Origin: an uncultured Spirochaetaceae bacterium
GTDB taxonomy: Bacteria > Spirochaetota > Spirochaetia > Sphaerochaetales > Sphaerochaetaceae
DNA: 60,595 nt
Reading direction: 5' to 3'
Assembly: GCA_944389055.1 (NCBI GenBank)
Contig: CALXKY010000001.1
Span: 1 to 60,595 of the forward strand
Of this stretch, positions 8,999-18,284 are shown in pieces. The notes beneath the pieces are model-generated. The model did not search any database, was not told the origin of the DNA, and saw nothing but the letters and a program-made list of their open reading frames with translations. The position numbers and the translations under genes are program-made. How positions within the stretch are numbered: position 1 is the stretch's first letter; each line of letters opens with the position of its first letter.

Positions 8999-10939
8999 AT
9001 GGATCTGAAAGCCCTGTATGCCTCGATGCTCCGCACGAGGTATTTCGAGGAAGAGGTCGGGCGTCTTGCCTCAGAAGGCCTTGTATATGGCACGTACCAT
9101 CTTGCGATAGGGCAGGAGGCTGTATCTTCGGGAACAGCTGCAGCTCTGCATGATGGGGACTGGATCGTACCCACGCATCGCTGCCATGGCTACAATGCAG
9201 CCAGAGGCTCCGATCTCAGGCGCATGTTCTCCGAGATCCTCGGTTCCCGCGACGGGCTCTGCGGAGGGCTCGGCGGCTCGATGCACATGACCGACTGGTC
9301 CACATGGAATCTCGGATCATCCGCTGTAGTCGGCTCTGGCATAGGACTGGCAGGCGGTGCTGCCGCTGCGCTGAAGATGCAGGGCCGTGAGAATATCGCT
9401 GTGGCGATCTTCGGTGATGGCGCATCCTCGCGCGGAATACTCTACGAAGTGATGAATGCAGCTTCGGTCTGGCATCTGCCGCTTCTCTTCCTTCTTGAGA
9501 ACAACCACTACGGCATGTCTGCATCATCTGACCGCATGATAGCCTCCGCGGGCATATACAGACGCGCAGAGGGATTCCTGATCCCTTCCGTGAAGATAGA
9601 TGGCAATGACGTGCTTGCAGTCGAAGAGGCCGTGAGGAACGCACGCGAGTCAATCCTTGTGAACCATACGCCATATCTTATCGAAGCCGAGACATACCGG
9701 CAGTGTGGCCACAGCCGTTCCGATAAGCTCGTGTACAGGAGCCGTGAAGAGGAGGAAAGGTGGAAAAAGCATGATCCGATTGCGCTTTTCTCCGCATTCC
9801 TCACGCTCGCGGGAGTGTCTTCCGATGATGAGCTTGAACGCATCAGATGCAGCGTGCGGCAGGAAGTGAGGGAAGCTTCCGAGGCGGCCTGCTCCATGAA
9901 GGATGACCGGCTCAGCGTCAGCGGAATGGAGTCTCTTGTCTATGCTCCGTCGCCGGCCGTCCTCCATGATTCCGGGCGCAGGCATAACGGAACCGTGCGC
10001 GATGCGCTCCGCGAAGCACTCGATGACATCCTCGCAGCCGATTCCTCCGCATGCATTATCGGGGAGGACATCGGGAAGTATGGGGGATGCTTCGGTGTTA
10101 CCGGCGACCTGTGCCTCAGGTATCCTGACCGCGTTATCGAGACACCCGTCTCCGAGGAGGGGTTCGTGTCGATGTCGGCAGGTGCCGCGATGCTCGGTAT
10201 CCATCCGATAACGGAGATCATGTACGGCGACTTCTCCACTCTCGCATCCGATGCGATGATAAACCATGCTGCCAAGGCCAGGTTCATGTCCGGAGGTCAG
10301 CTTTCCTGTCCGATGGTGCTGCGCACGCCCATAGGCGGAATGACAGGACACGGGCCTCAGCACACGCAGTGCCTTGAGACGATGTTCCTGGGAATCCCCG
10401 GGCTTAAGATTGCGGCACCTTCCGATCCATATACTGCGAAGGCACTGCTGAAAGGAGCCGCGCAGGATGGCAATCCAGTGCTCTTCTTCGAGCATAAGGC
10501 GCTATACGGCGAAGAGGGAGAGATTGGAGATGATGATGTCATTCCTCTTGGCAGGGCTGCTGTCTGCGGCAATGGCGACGGCCTTCTCGTGATCGGCTAT
10601 TCACGCACAGCTTCAGCTGAGAGAAGGGCTCTCCGGAATCTTTCCGAGCGGATCACTTTCATCGATCTTCTGTCCCTCCAGCCCCTTGATGAGGAAACGA
10701 TAGCAAGGGAGTACTGCCGTATCGGGCGCGCACTCATCGCTGAGGATACTCCGCTTCCCGGCAGCGTCGCGGAAAGCGTAATGCGCGTCATCGCGCTCCA
10801 GACGGCGTACAGGCCCGGAAGCGTGGAGATACTCGCTGCCAGGCCAATGCCCCTTCCTTGCCCGAGGAGCCTTGAGGAAGAGGTGCTCGTGACCGATGAT
10901 GAGATAAGAGATGCGGCCATACGCCTCCTTGGCATTTGA
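8999..10939 (+). CDS. fused alpha/beta E1 component of a TPP-dependent 2-oxoacid (pyruvate/acetoin-type) dehydrogenase
   Basis: The N-terminal half looks like E1-alpha (GQEAVSSG, TPP-binding GDGASSRG..NN). The C-terminal half looks like E1-beta (EDIGKYGGCFGVT, ETPVSEEGF). Confidence 0.8.
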   Translation: MDLKALYASMLRTRYFEEEVGRLASEGLVYGTYHLAIGQEAVSSGTAAALHDGDWIVPTHRCHGYNAARGSDLRRMFSEILGSRDGLCGGLGGSMHMTDWSTWNLGSSAVVGSGIGLAGGAAAALKMQGRENIAVAIFGDGASSRGILYEVMNAASVWHLPLLFLLENNHYGMSASSDRMIASAGIYRRAEGFLIPSVKIDGNDVLAVEEAVRNARESILVNHTPYLIEAETYRQCGHSRSDKLVYRSREEEERWKKHDPIALFSAFLTLAGVSSDDELERIRCSVRQEVREASEAACSMKDDRLSVSGMESLVYAPSPAVLHDSGRRHNGTVRDALREALDDILAADSSACIIGEDIGKYGGCFGVTGDLCLRYPDRVIETPVSEEGFVSMSAGAAMLGIHPITEIMYGDFSTLASDAMINHAAKARFMSGGQLSCPMVLRTPIGGMTGHGPQHTQCLETMFLGIPGLKIAAPSDPYTAKALLKGAAQDGNPVLFFEHKALYGEEGEIGDDDVIPLGRAAVCGNGDGLLVIGYSRTASAERRALRNLSERITFIDLLSLQPLDEETIAREYCRIGRALIAEDTPLPGSVAESVMRVIALQTAYRPGSVEILAARPMPLPCPRSLEEEVLVTDDEIRDAAIRLLGI

Positions 10940-10992
10940 TTTTCGTCTTAATATCAATATAATCACTCTGTATTTCCAAAGGAGCAGAGATT

Positions 10993-12531
10993 ATGGATAT
11001 CGATGTGAAGAACCTGCATCCGCTGGAGGTGAAGCTTCTCAGGCATGTCAGTGCCGGTGAGGATATCACAGAGGGCAGCATCATCAGTGGCTTGGGATAT
11101 AAGGTTGGTCAGTGCAATCAGGCTTTCTCCTGGCTTTCGTCAAAAGGCTGTCTTGAGGAAGTCTCCAGAACGAAGAAGACCATATATGAGCTTACGGATA
11201 CTGGCCGTGCGATGAAGGAAGAGGGACTTCCTGCAGAGCGCATCTATGCGTTCCTGAAGGAGAAGGGCCCCCATGCGATGCCTGAGATCGCTGAGGCTCT
11301 GTCGCTTGAGAAGAGCGATGTCGGATCTGCATTCGGTCTTCTTTCGTCCAAGGGAGCGCTCCGCCTCAACGAGGAGCGGAAGGCAGAAGCAGCCGGAGAG
11401 CTTCCGGAGGAGATCGCTACGCAGCGTTCGCTTCTCAGCAGGGCTGCAGAGACAGGGAGCCTTGAGGAATCCGGGCTTTCGGATGCTGAGAAGAAGGCTA
11501 TCGCGCCGCTTTCGAAGAAGAGAGGTGCTTCATCCTCACCGTTCCGTATCCAGGAGAGGGAGGAGGTTGTCTACCGCCTTACGGACAAGGGCGCTGAGAT
11601 GCGCACGGCTGTCATCAATGCCAATATAACCGGCGAGGAGTTCGGTGTCCTCACTCCACAGATGATCCAGACGGGATCATGGAAGAACGGCACGTTCCGG
11701 CCTTACGGCATCAATGCACCGACTTCGCGTCTCATACCCGGCAGGAGAAATGCATACTCGGAGTATCTGCAGTGGGTGAAGGATAAGCTCATCGCTCTCG
11801 GATTCGAGGAATTCGACGGACCGCTTGTGGAGAATGAGTTCTGGAACGGCGATGCGCTTTTCATGCCGCAGTTCCATTCTGCCCGCGATATCCACGACGT
11901 CTATTACGTCAAGGATCCTGTGCATGCGAAGAAGATCGATGAGCCATGGCTCAGCCAGGTTGCTGCAACGCATGAGAATGGATGGCATACCGGCTCAAGA
12001 GGCTGGGGCTATTCCTTCGATCACGAGTTCACGAGGCGCCAGGTCCTCAGAAGCCAGGGAACAGTGCTTTCTGCGCACCAGCTCACAAAGGCCCATGTCC
12101 CTGGGAAGTACTTCGGTGTCGTCCGCTGCTTCAGATACGATCAGGTCGATGCTACCCATGGTGCTGATTTCTACCAGACGGAAGGAATCGTCATCGGCAA
12201 GGACGTGAACCTCAGGAACCTCCTCGGACTTCTGAAGATGTTCGCAGAGGAGATCGCAGGCGCTGAGGAAGTGAAGTATGTCCCCGGCTACTTCCCGTTC
12301 ACTGAGCCCTCGATCGAGGTTCATATCAAGCACCCGGTGCTTGGCTGGTTCGAGCTCGGAGGATCCGGAATCTTCCGCCCGGAGGTCACGGAGCCGCTCG
12401 GAATCAAGGAGCCTGTACTTGCATGGGGTCTCGGAATCGACAGGATGGCTCTCATGCATCTCGGTCTTTCCGACCTCAGGGATCTCTTCACCCCTGATAT
12501 CGAGAGCGTAAGGACAAGGAGGGGAAACTGA
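10993..12531 (+). CDS. pheS: phenylalanine--tRNA ligase alpha subunit, archaeal/spirochaetal type
   Basis: 512 aa with a long N-terminal winged-helix-like extension and a class II core (FRYDQVDATHGADFYQTEG, GSGIFRPEV, AWGLGIDR). Confidence 0.9.
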   Translation: MDIDVKNLHPLEVKLLRHVSAGEDITEGSIISGLGYKVGQCNQAFSWLSSKGCLEEVSRTKKTIYELTDTGRAMKEEGLPAERIYAFLKEKGPHAMPEIAEALSLEKSDVGSAFGLLSSKGALRLNEERKAEAAGELPEEIATQRSLLSRAAETGSLEESGLSDAEKKAIAPLSKKRGASSSPFRIQEREEVVYRLTDKGAEMRTAVINANITGEEFGVLTPQMIQTGSWKNGTFRPYGINAPTSRLIPGRRNAYSEYLQWVKDKLIALGFEEFDGPLVENEFWNGDALFMPQFHSARDIHDVYYVKDPVHAKKIDEPWLSQVAATHENGWHTGSRGWGYSFDHEFTRRQVLRSQGTVLSAHQLTKAHVPGKYFGVVRCFRYDQVDATHGADFYQTEGIVIGKDVNLRNLLGLLKMFAEEIAGAEEVKYVPGYFPFTEPSIEVHIKHPVLGWFELGGSGIFRPEVTEPLGIKEPVLAWGLGIDRMALMHLGLSDLRDLFTPDIESVRTRRGN

Positions 12532-12532
12532 C

Positions 12533-14233
12533 ATGCCAAAGATCGAAGTTCCTGAGAATATCTTCTTCAGCCTTCTCGGAAAGAGAATGTCCGATGAGGA
12601 GCTTATAGATATCTTCCCTGTAGCAAAGGCCGAGCTTGATGGCCACGATACGGAGAATCATGTTATCAAGATCGAGCTCAATGACACCAACCGTCCGGAC
12701 CTCTGGTCTGCAGCCGGTGTCGCAAGGGCTCTGAGATGCTACGAGACGGGGGAGATCCCGTACTATGACTTCTTCTCCACCAAGGATGATGAAAGGCCTT
12801 CAGAGGGCCGCATGGTCATCGATGATGAGAGCGCTCTCGGCATCCGCGATTACTCCATAGGCTTCGCGGCACGCGGGAAGACCGTTGACAATGATCTCCT
12901 CGTGAATCTCATCCAGAGCCAGGAGAAGCTCTGCACCAATTTCGGCAGGAAGCGCAAGACGATCGCGATGGGCATCTACCGTTCCGATCTGATCAGATAT
13001 CCTGTGCATTATGCCGCAGTTGATCCTGATAAGACGAAGTTCGTGCCGCTCGGGATGACTGAGGAGCTCTCGCTCAGGGAAATCTGCGAGAAGCATCCGA
13101 AGGGAAAGGAGTATGGCCACATCGTCTCATCCTTCCCCCGCTTTCCGTACCTCTATGACGACAATGGCGATACGCTATCGTTCCCGCCTGTCATCAACAG
13201 CGCACGCATCGGAGCTGTCGAAATCGGGGACTCAGACTTCTTCATCGAAGTCTCCGGCCCGATACTCGATGATCTTCTTCTGGCAGTCTCCATCCTTGCC
13301 TGCGATATGTCGGACATGGGCTTCGAGATCCTGCCGGTCAAGTGCCGCTTCGCCAAGGATACGCCGTACGGCCGTGAGATCACTGTTCCGTACTATTTCC
13401 AGAAGCCGATGGCAGCTTCCCTTGATCTCGTGCACCAGAAGCTGGGAGAGGATCTCTCAGGTGAGGAGTGCATAGAGGCTCTGAAGAGGATGGGAGTCTA
13501 TTCAATCGTGGATGATGGCATGATCTATGCCAATGTACCCGAGTACCGCAACGATTTCCTCCATGGCGTCGATATCGTCGAGGATGTCATGATCGGACAT
13601 GGTCTTGGCAATTTTGAGCCCGTGATGCCCTCCGACTTCACCATCGGACGTCTTTCTCCAGTGGAGGAGTTCTCGAGGAAGGTTAAGGGTATACTCGTAG
13701 GACTCGGCTTCCAGGAGATGATGTACAACTACCTCGGATCAAAGAGGGAGTATATCGACAATATGCACGTCTCAGGGGAGGATGCGGTATTCATCGCGAA
13801 TCCGATGAGCGAGAACTATGAGGTCATCAGGCCATCTGTGCTTCCATGCCTTCTCGAGAGCGAATCGGTATCAGGGCACGCGGTATATCCGCACAGCATC
13901 TTCGAGATCGGCAAGATCACCGTCAAGGATCCTGAGGACAACAGCGGTACGAGGACGATCGACAGTCTTGGCTTCTTCTCGTCCAATGCAGCTATCGGAT
14001 ACAATGACGCTGCATCATATATCAACACGCTGATGTACTTCCTGAGAAAGGAATACACCCTTGCGGAAGCAGGAGATGATCCGAGATTCATCCCGGGCCG
14101 TGCCGCAGTGATTATGTACAACGGCGAGAGGGTAGGTATCTTCGGCGAGACTCATCCTCAGGTGCTTGAGTCGTGGGGCTGCTCAATGCCATCGATCATG
14201 GCAGAGATCGACCTGGACAAGCTGATGAACTGA
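12533..14233 (+). CDS. pheT: phenylalanine--tRNA ligase beta subunit, archaeal/spirochaetal type
   Basis: 566 aa, shorter than the bacterial ~800-aa PheT. It starts 1 nt after pheS. The N-terminus MPKIEVPENIFFSLLGK...DTNRPDLWS resembles archaeal PheT. Confidence 0.88.
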   Translation: MPKIEVPENIFFSLLGKRMSDEELIDIFPVAKAELDGHDTENHVIKIELNDTNRPDLWSAAGVARALRCYETGEIPYYDFFSTKDDERPSEGRMVIDDESALGIRDYSIGFAARGKTVDNDLLVNLIQSQEKLCTNFGRKRKTIAMGIYRSDLIRYPVHYAAVDPDKTKFVPLGMTEELSLREICEKHPKGKEYGHIVSSFPRFPYLYDDNGDTLSFPPVINSARIGAVEIGDSDFFIEVSGPILDDLLLAVSILACDMSDMGFEILPVKCRFAKDTPYGREITVPYYFQKPMAASLDLVHQKLGEDLSGEECIEALKRMGVYSIVDDGMIYANVPEYRNDFLHGVDIVEDVMIGHGLGNFEPVMPSDFTIGRLSPVEEFSRKVKGILVGLGFQEMMYNYLGSKREYIDNMHVSGEDAVFIANPMSENYEVIRPSVLPCLLESESVSGHAVYPHSIFEIGKITVKDPEDNSGTRTIDSLGFFSSNAAIGYNDAASYINTLMYFLRKEYTLAEAGDDPRFIPGRAAVIMYNGERVGIFGETHPQVLESWGCSMPSIMAEIDLDKLMN

Positions 14234-14259
14234 GACAAAGCAATTTCTCGAAAACACGG

Positions 14260-14282
14260 ACGCCTCCTGAAAAAGGAGGCGT
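14260..14282 (+). terminator. hairpin terminator downstream of pheT (possibly bidirectional)
   Basis: Perfect 9-bp stem ACGCCTCCT / AGGAGGCGT with a GAAAA loop, 27 nt after the pheT stop. The T-tract is weak. Confidence 0.5.
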
Positions 14283-14285
14283 TGT

Positions 14286-14534
14286 TCACTGAGCCTGTGC
14301 CTTCCTGTATTTCTGCCTGCTGCTGGTAGGTTTATCAGGGATGGTGCGTTCAATGAGATGGGCATCCAGTGCCGGAGCAAGGTAGTTCCTGCGGAAAGTC
14401 GGGCGGTGTGAAAGTCCCAGCCGCTTCATGATTTCCGCTGCAGAAAGAGTCTCATTGCCCAGAGCTGCTATCAGCCTTGAGACGGCATCCTCAACTTGGT
14501 CGCTGACTTGGTCGGTAACTTGGTCGCTGTAGCA
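14286..14534 (-). pseudogene. 3' remnant of a DNA-binding-domain protein gene of the type often annotated as RecG-like/AlbA_2-type transcriptional regulator
   Basis: 82-codon open frame with no start codon: ..SDQVTDQVSDQVEDAVSRLIAALGNETLSAAEIMKRLGLSHRPTFRRNYLAPALDAHLIERTIPDKPTSSRQKYRKAQ*. This is the characteristic C-terminal wHTH tail, including DQV repeats, without the upstream ATPase part. Confidence 0.6.
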
Positions 14535-14548
14535 TTATCAATACAAAT

Positions 14549-14566
14549 GCCTCCGGTGAAGGAGGC
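14549..14566 (-). terminator. hairpin terminator downstream of the minus-strand lipoprotein gene
   Basis: GCCTCC / GGAGGC stem, 37 nt beyond the stop at 14603. The minus strand continues ATTTGTATTG. Confidence 0.4.
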
Positions 14567-14602
14567 GTTTGTAGTTTGTCATGAAATATAAACAGAATAA
14601 AC

Positions 14603-16122
14603 TCAGATTAATATGAATTCATCCTGATGAGTTTTGATATAAAGTCCTTTATTGATTATATTGAGCTCTGATACTGTAGTTTCTCCTCCATGTGAGGGCA
14701 GATTTACATATGTACATGACATATCTGCGGAAGACATATCGCTTGAGTAATTACCATTGCTTCGGATTGTTATTGGTGCTGATCCATCATTCGCATCAAT
14801 TGTAAAATCGAGAGAAAAATCCATACTCACATACATATCTTCCATGTTTATTGTCATGTTGTAAGTTTCTGTTCCTGTTATAGAAGCTCCGTAAAAATTC
14901 TCATCTTCCCGCTACGTATGCATGTTCTCCTTCTTCAGGCGTTCCTTCCCCTTCCATTGAAGGCAGCATTGCTAGAGTTGGGAGGATCTCTATAGAGAAA
15001 TATAGCGCTATATATCGTTTGTATAATGCATCCCTTAGATAGGAATAGCTCTCTCCGCTGATGGTGAACTCAGAGCAGTAACCGCTTGTTATTCCGCCCA
15101 TTCCTTCTGAAACAACCATGTGAACATTGTTTGTTCCATCATTGATATCAATGGTTATTATTGGATATTCAGATTGTACTGTAATATCGAGAGTTCTTGC
15201 ATCTTCAAAGAAGAAATCTTCTTGGTATCCGGTTTCGTTTGTATCGGAATTATGGAGTAAAGCTGCATATGCAAGATACTCAAAACCAATCTCAAGAGCT
15301 TCTTGGTCTTCCTTTGAAAGGCCTTCGGATTTATAAGCCGGTGCTTCCGAAATCGTAACCTCTGATTCTTCTGATACATCAAGGCAGTCATCGAGAGAGA
15401 AGTTGCTTACAATTCCATCCGCAGGTGTGAAATTCACTTTGTGCGTTGCTGAATCAATAGCGGGGTTCGTGAATACAATCCAGCTTGGGTTATTTCCATT
15501 GATGAAGGATGCTTCTTCATCGATAGTAAAGCCAGCTGAAACTGTCCCATTATTGATATATGCATTGATCATCTCAAGAATCTCAGTATTGCTGTTCTTT
15601 GCGATGAAGACGCTTGGAGTGGAGTTGAATTCCTTTGTCTCATTTCCTGCTGTCGCTGTATATGTATCAGCAGTGAAGCCAGAAAGGTCTTTATAGGCAG
15701 CACTGCCTGTGATGTCCACTGTGATGGATCCAGCTGCAGCATCTGTTGGTGTGAAGATTATCTTCATCTCAACAGGGACATCTCCGCCTCTGACTGCCGA
15801 TGCAGTGCTGATATAAGAGTCCTTCTCAATGGTACCGCCTGAAACAGAAATTGGGCTTGTTACTTTGGTGACACCGTTTTCTTGTGTAAGGTTGCTTTGA
15901 TTATCAGTGTCAGTTATAGCATTGTATCCGGGAAGTACCGCCTGCTCAGCTCTGAACTGGGTTTCTGTCAGAACGAATTCCGATGATGTTGCTGTACCCC
16001 TCCCTTGTAGTGGTGCCGTTGCCTGTGCCTTCGTCCGGGGCCTGTGAAGGATTGCAGGAGAACAATGCAAGTGTGAGCACTAATGCCAGAAGCATTGTCC
16101 CGGCTTTTGAGATTTTTCTCAT
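14603..16122 (-). pseudogene. surface lipoprotein gene interrupted by two frameshifts
   Basis: ATG 16122 behind GGAGAAAGGAA encodes MRKISKAGTMLLALVLTLALFSC (lipobox), then stops at 15946-15948. The 389-aa ORF (14901-16070) continues in another frame. The last ~100 codons (to 14603) are in a third frame that opens only at 14911. The region is visibly AT-rich. Confidence 0.65.
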
Positions 16123-16230
16123 TTCCTTTCTCCTCTGAGTGTATTTGATGGGATTTTTCCCGATTCTCCCACCTGGAAATGAGTATCTGCCTTTTCCGTC
16201 ACGTTGTCCATTTCATATGAAGCATGGGAA

Positions 16231-16260
16231 AGAAAAATGCAGGACCGTATGATCCTGCAT
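16231..16260 (-). terminator. intrinsic terminator of trxA
   Basis: Stem ATGCAGGA / TCCTGCAT (16237-16244 / 16253-16260) followed on the minus strand by a TTTTTCT run. Confidence 0.7.
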
Positions 16261-16287
16261 TTCGAGGTGGTTTATGGCTTTTATGAA

Positions 16288-16593
16288 TCAGAGCCCGAGC
16301 ATTCTCTTCAGAGCTGCTTCATCCCTTACGCCTGTTGCGCGGTCGACGACTTCTCCGTCTCTGAAGACTATGAGAGTCGGGATAGCCTGCACATCGAATT
16401 CACCTGCGAGATCCGGATTCTCATCAACGTTGCACTTGCAGATCTTCGCGCCCTTGAGGGCTTCTGCCGAGTTCTCGAGTATCCTTGTCTGCATCTTGCA
16501 TGGACCGCACCAGGAGGCCCAGAAATCGAGGAGGACAGGACCTGCTGCCTTCTTCACTTCTTCATCGAAATTCGACTTTGTTATCTCTACCAT
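16288..16593 (-). CDS. trxA: thioredoxin
   Basis: WCGPC active site. The start MVEITKSNFDEEV lies behind AAAAGGAGA. The track ORF is extended to 16665. Confidence 0.92.
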   Translation of the reverse strand: MVEITKSNFDEEVKKAAGPVLLDFWASWCGPCKMQTRILENSAEALKGAKICKCNVDENPDLAGEFDVQAIPTLIVFRDGEVVDRATGVRDEAALKRMLGL

Positions 16594-16627
16594 AGATATA
16601 TCTCCTTTTCTGTTTAGCAGAAGGTAA

Positions 16628-17689
16628 TCATGGAACAAGCATTTCGGCAAGCACGGCGAACGCACCTGTTCTGTCAGTTAGTCCCATCACTGGATAGCTT
16701 ATCGCGGAGACGGGGAGAAGGCCGTCTGAATAGATGAAATCAAGACGTTCATACAGATCTCCGCTGTGTCGTGTGATTCCTCCATCTGTTTCTGCCGTGT
16801 AGTGAGTTGCCCTGTAGGCATCGAGCCAGCCTTCGGAAAGGAGATATTCCGATACAGGGAAGCTCATCGTGCTTCTGTATCTGAAAGGCGTGAACTCGAT
16901 CCAGTCCGCGCCCGAAGGCTCTGCAGATGAGAGCGCGAGAATGCGTCTTTCTCCCGTCATTGCCTCTGTCTCCGCCCTGACAGCTTCCAGTTCGTCCGGA
17001 TTTCCTCTGAGAGAGAGCGCCCAGGCCTCTGCCTCCGCCCTGACGGCCTCGAGTTCGTCCGTGCTCTCCGAGAGCGAGAGTGCCCAGGCCTCTGCCTCCG
17101 CCCCTGATGACGGCATCGAATCGTCGAATGAAAGGGGAGCGATGGCTACATCCTTCGTATCCGTGACTCCGAATACCGATGAACCGGTACCGGCTACTTT
17201 GAGCGGCAGATCATAGAGTATCGTGCCGCCTTCCATAGTCACAGCGTTCCAGCCCGCCATCTCTGCCCCCATCACCTGATTCTCCACCGAACCGGTCAGA
17301 ATCACGAAATCAGGCTCAAGGTCGGAACTGGCCCCGAGTATGCGGAGCGCATCCTCCTCAGTCATCGGATCGTACCCGAGCGGAAGGAGCAGAATCTGTA
17401 TGGTATTGATTCCATCTTCATCTGCCACAGGCTCTGCCGCAGGTGTGTAGACGTGGGGATACTCCAGCGCTGAAAGATCATCCGGATAGACATTGATCAC
17501 TCTTGCCTTCGTCTCCATCTCCTTCATGATGATGGCTTTCGCCCTCTCTTTCCGTATGAGGCGGTAGCGCGTCTCAGGCTTGCCGGTGGTTTCCGGGATG
17601 ACGATCCTGCTGTATCCTTCTTCTGCTGTATATGATGCGCAGGAGGTGATGAGGATCAGCGCTGTGAGGATTGCGGCGGCTTTTCTCAT
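16628..17689 (-). CDS. lipoprotein with an internal 21-aa tandem repeat; C-terminus faintly endonuclease/exonuclease/phosphatase-like
   Basis: Signal peptide plus lipobox MRKAAAILTALILITSC. Duplicated AEAEAWALSL....ELEAVRAE. The C-terminal ERLDFIYSDG resembles the EEP family tail, but that call is weak. Confidence 0.6.
   Translation of the reverse strand: MRKAAAILTALILITSCASYTAEEGYSRIVIPETTGKPETRYRLIRKERAKAIIMKEMETKARVINVYPDDLSALEYPHVYTPAAEPVADEDGINTIQILLLPLGYDPMTEEDALRILGASSDLEPDFVILTGSVENQVMGAEMAGWNAVTMEGGTILYDLPLKVAGTGSSVFGVTDTKDVAIAPLSFDDSMPSSGAEAEAWALSLSESTDELEAVRAEAEAWALSLRGNPDELEAVRAETEAMTGERRILALSSAEPSGADWIEFTPFRYRSTMSFPVSEYLLSEGWLDAYRATHYTAETDGGITRHSGDLYERLDFIYSDGLLPVSAISYPVMGLTDRTGAFAVLAEMLVP
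16974..17099. repeat. 2 x 63-bp in-frame tandem duplication inside the lipoprotein gene
   Basis: Units 16974-17036 and 17037-17099 are near-identical when read directly, with the mismatches clustered in the middle. Confidence 0.9.
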
Positions 17690-18087
17690 ATCCTCAGCTT
17701 GTCTCCGTATTCTCCGATCTCCCCGTCAGCGTATTTCTCCTTGGGAAATGCCGGTGTCTTGCCATCGCCGGAATAACGGGGGATGACATGGATGTGGAGA
17801 TGCGGTACTTCCTGCCCTGAGGCGGGGCTGTTGTTGATCATGATATTCGTGCCTTCAGCTCCAAGCACTTCCCTCTGCTTCTGGTCGACTTTCCTTGCGA
17901 TCTCCATCATATGGGAGAGCGTTTCCATCGGCACATCGGTGAACGTTGGGTAGCACTTGCGTGAGATAACGAGGGCATGGCCCTTCGATACAGGATTGAT
18001 GTCCAGGATGACGATGCACTCATCGTCCTCGTAAAGACGCGTGGACGGAATATCTCCGCTGATTATCATCTCGAATACTGTTGCCAT
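17686..18087 (-). CDS. HIT-family nucleotide hydrolase/transferase
   Basis: Histidine triad HLHIHVIP. The stop overlaps the downstream lipoprotein start. Confidence 0.88.
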   Translation of the reverse strand: MATVFEMIISGDIPSTRLYEDDECIVILDINPVSKGHALVISRKCYPTFTDVPMETLSHMMEIARKVDQKQREVLGAEGTNIMINNSPASGQEVPHLHIHVIPRYSGDGKTPAFPKEKYADGEIGEYGDKLRI

Positions 18088-18193
18088 ACATTGATACTAC
18101 CATCAAGAGCGCATTTTGTCGCCTCTTGGCGTGCTTGCTGTCTTCTTTTCTTTGCTGGACAAGGGAATGCTGAATGGTTTATTCAGCTGTATC

Positions 18194-18222
18194 TTGCATA
18201 AGACGATGAAAATCAATATTAT
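18194..18222 (+). promoter_or_regulatory. candidate sigma70 promoter of fusA
   Basis: TTGCAT (18194-18199), 17-nt spacer, TATTAT (18217-18222), about 60 nt upstream of the fusA ATG. Confidence 0.4.
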
Positions 18223-18284
18223 GCCAATCTGGTGGCTTTCGGCCGCACGCTTATTTTGAATCATTTTACTGAGAGGTTAATTAT

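Noticed and set aside
14494-14529. 3 x 12-bp tandem repeat ACTTGGTCG(C/G)T(G/A).
   Set aside because: It is not a CRISPR or regulatory array. It is the coding repeat (DQV[ST])n inside the gene remnant. No repeat-spacer array exists anywhere in the window.
16204-16627. Two plus-strand ORFs of 137 and 117 aa.
   Set aside because: Both are antisense to trxA (WCGPC), which explains the open frames.
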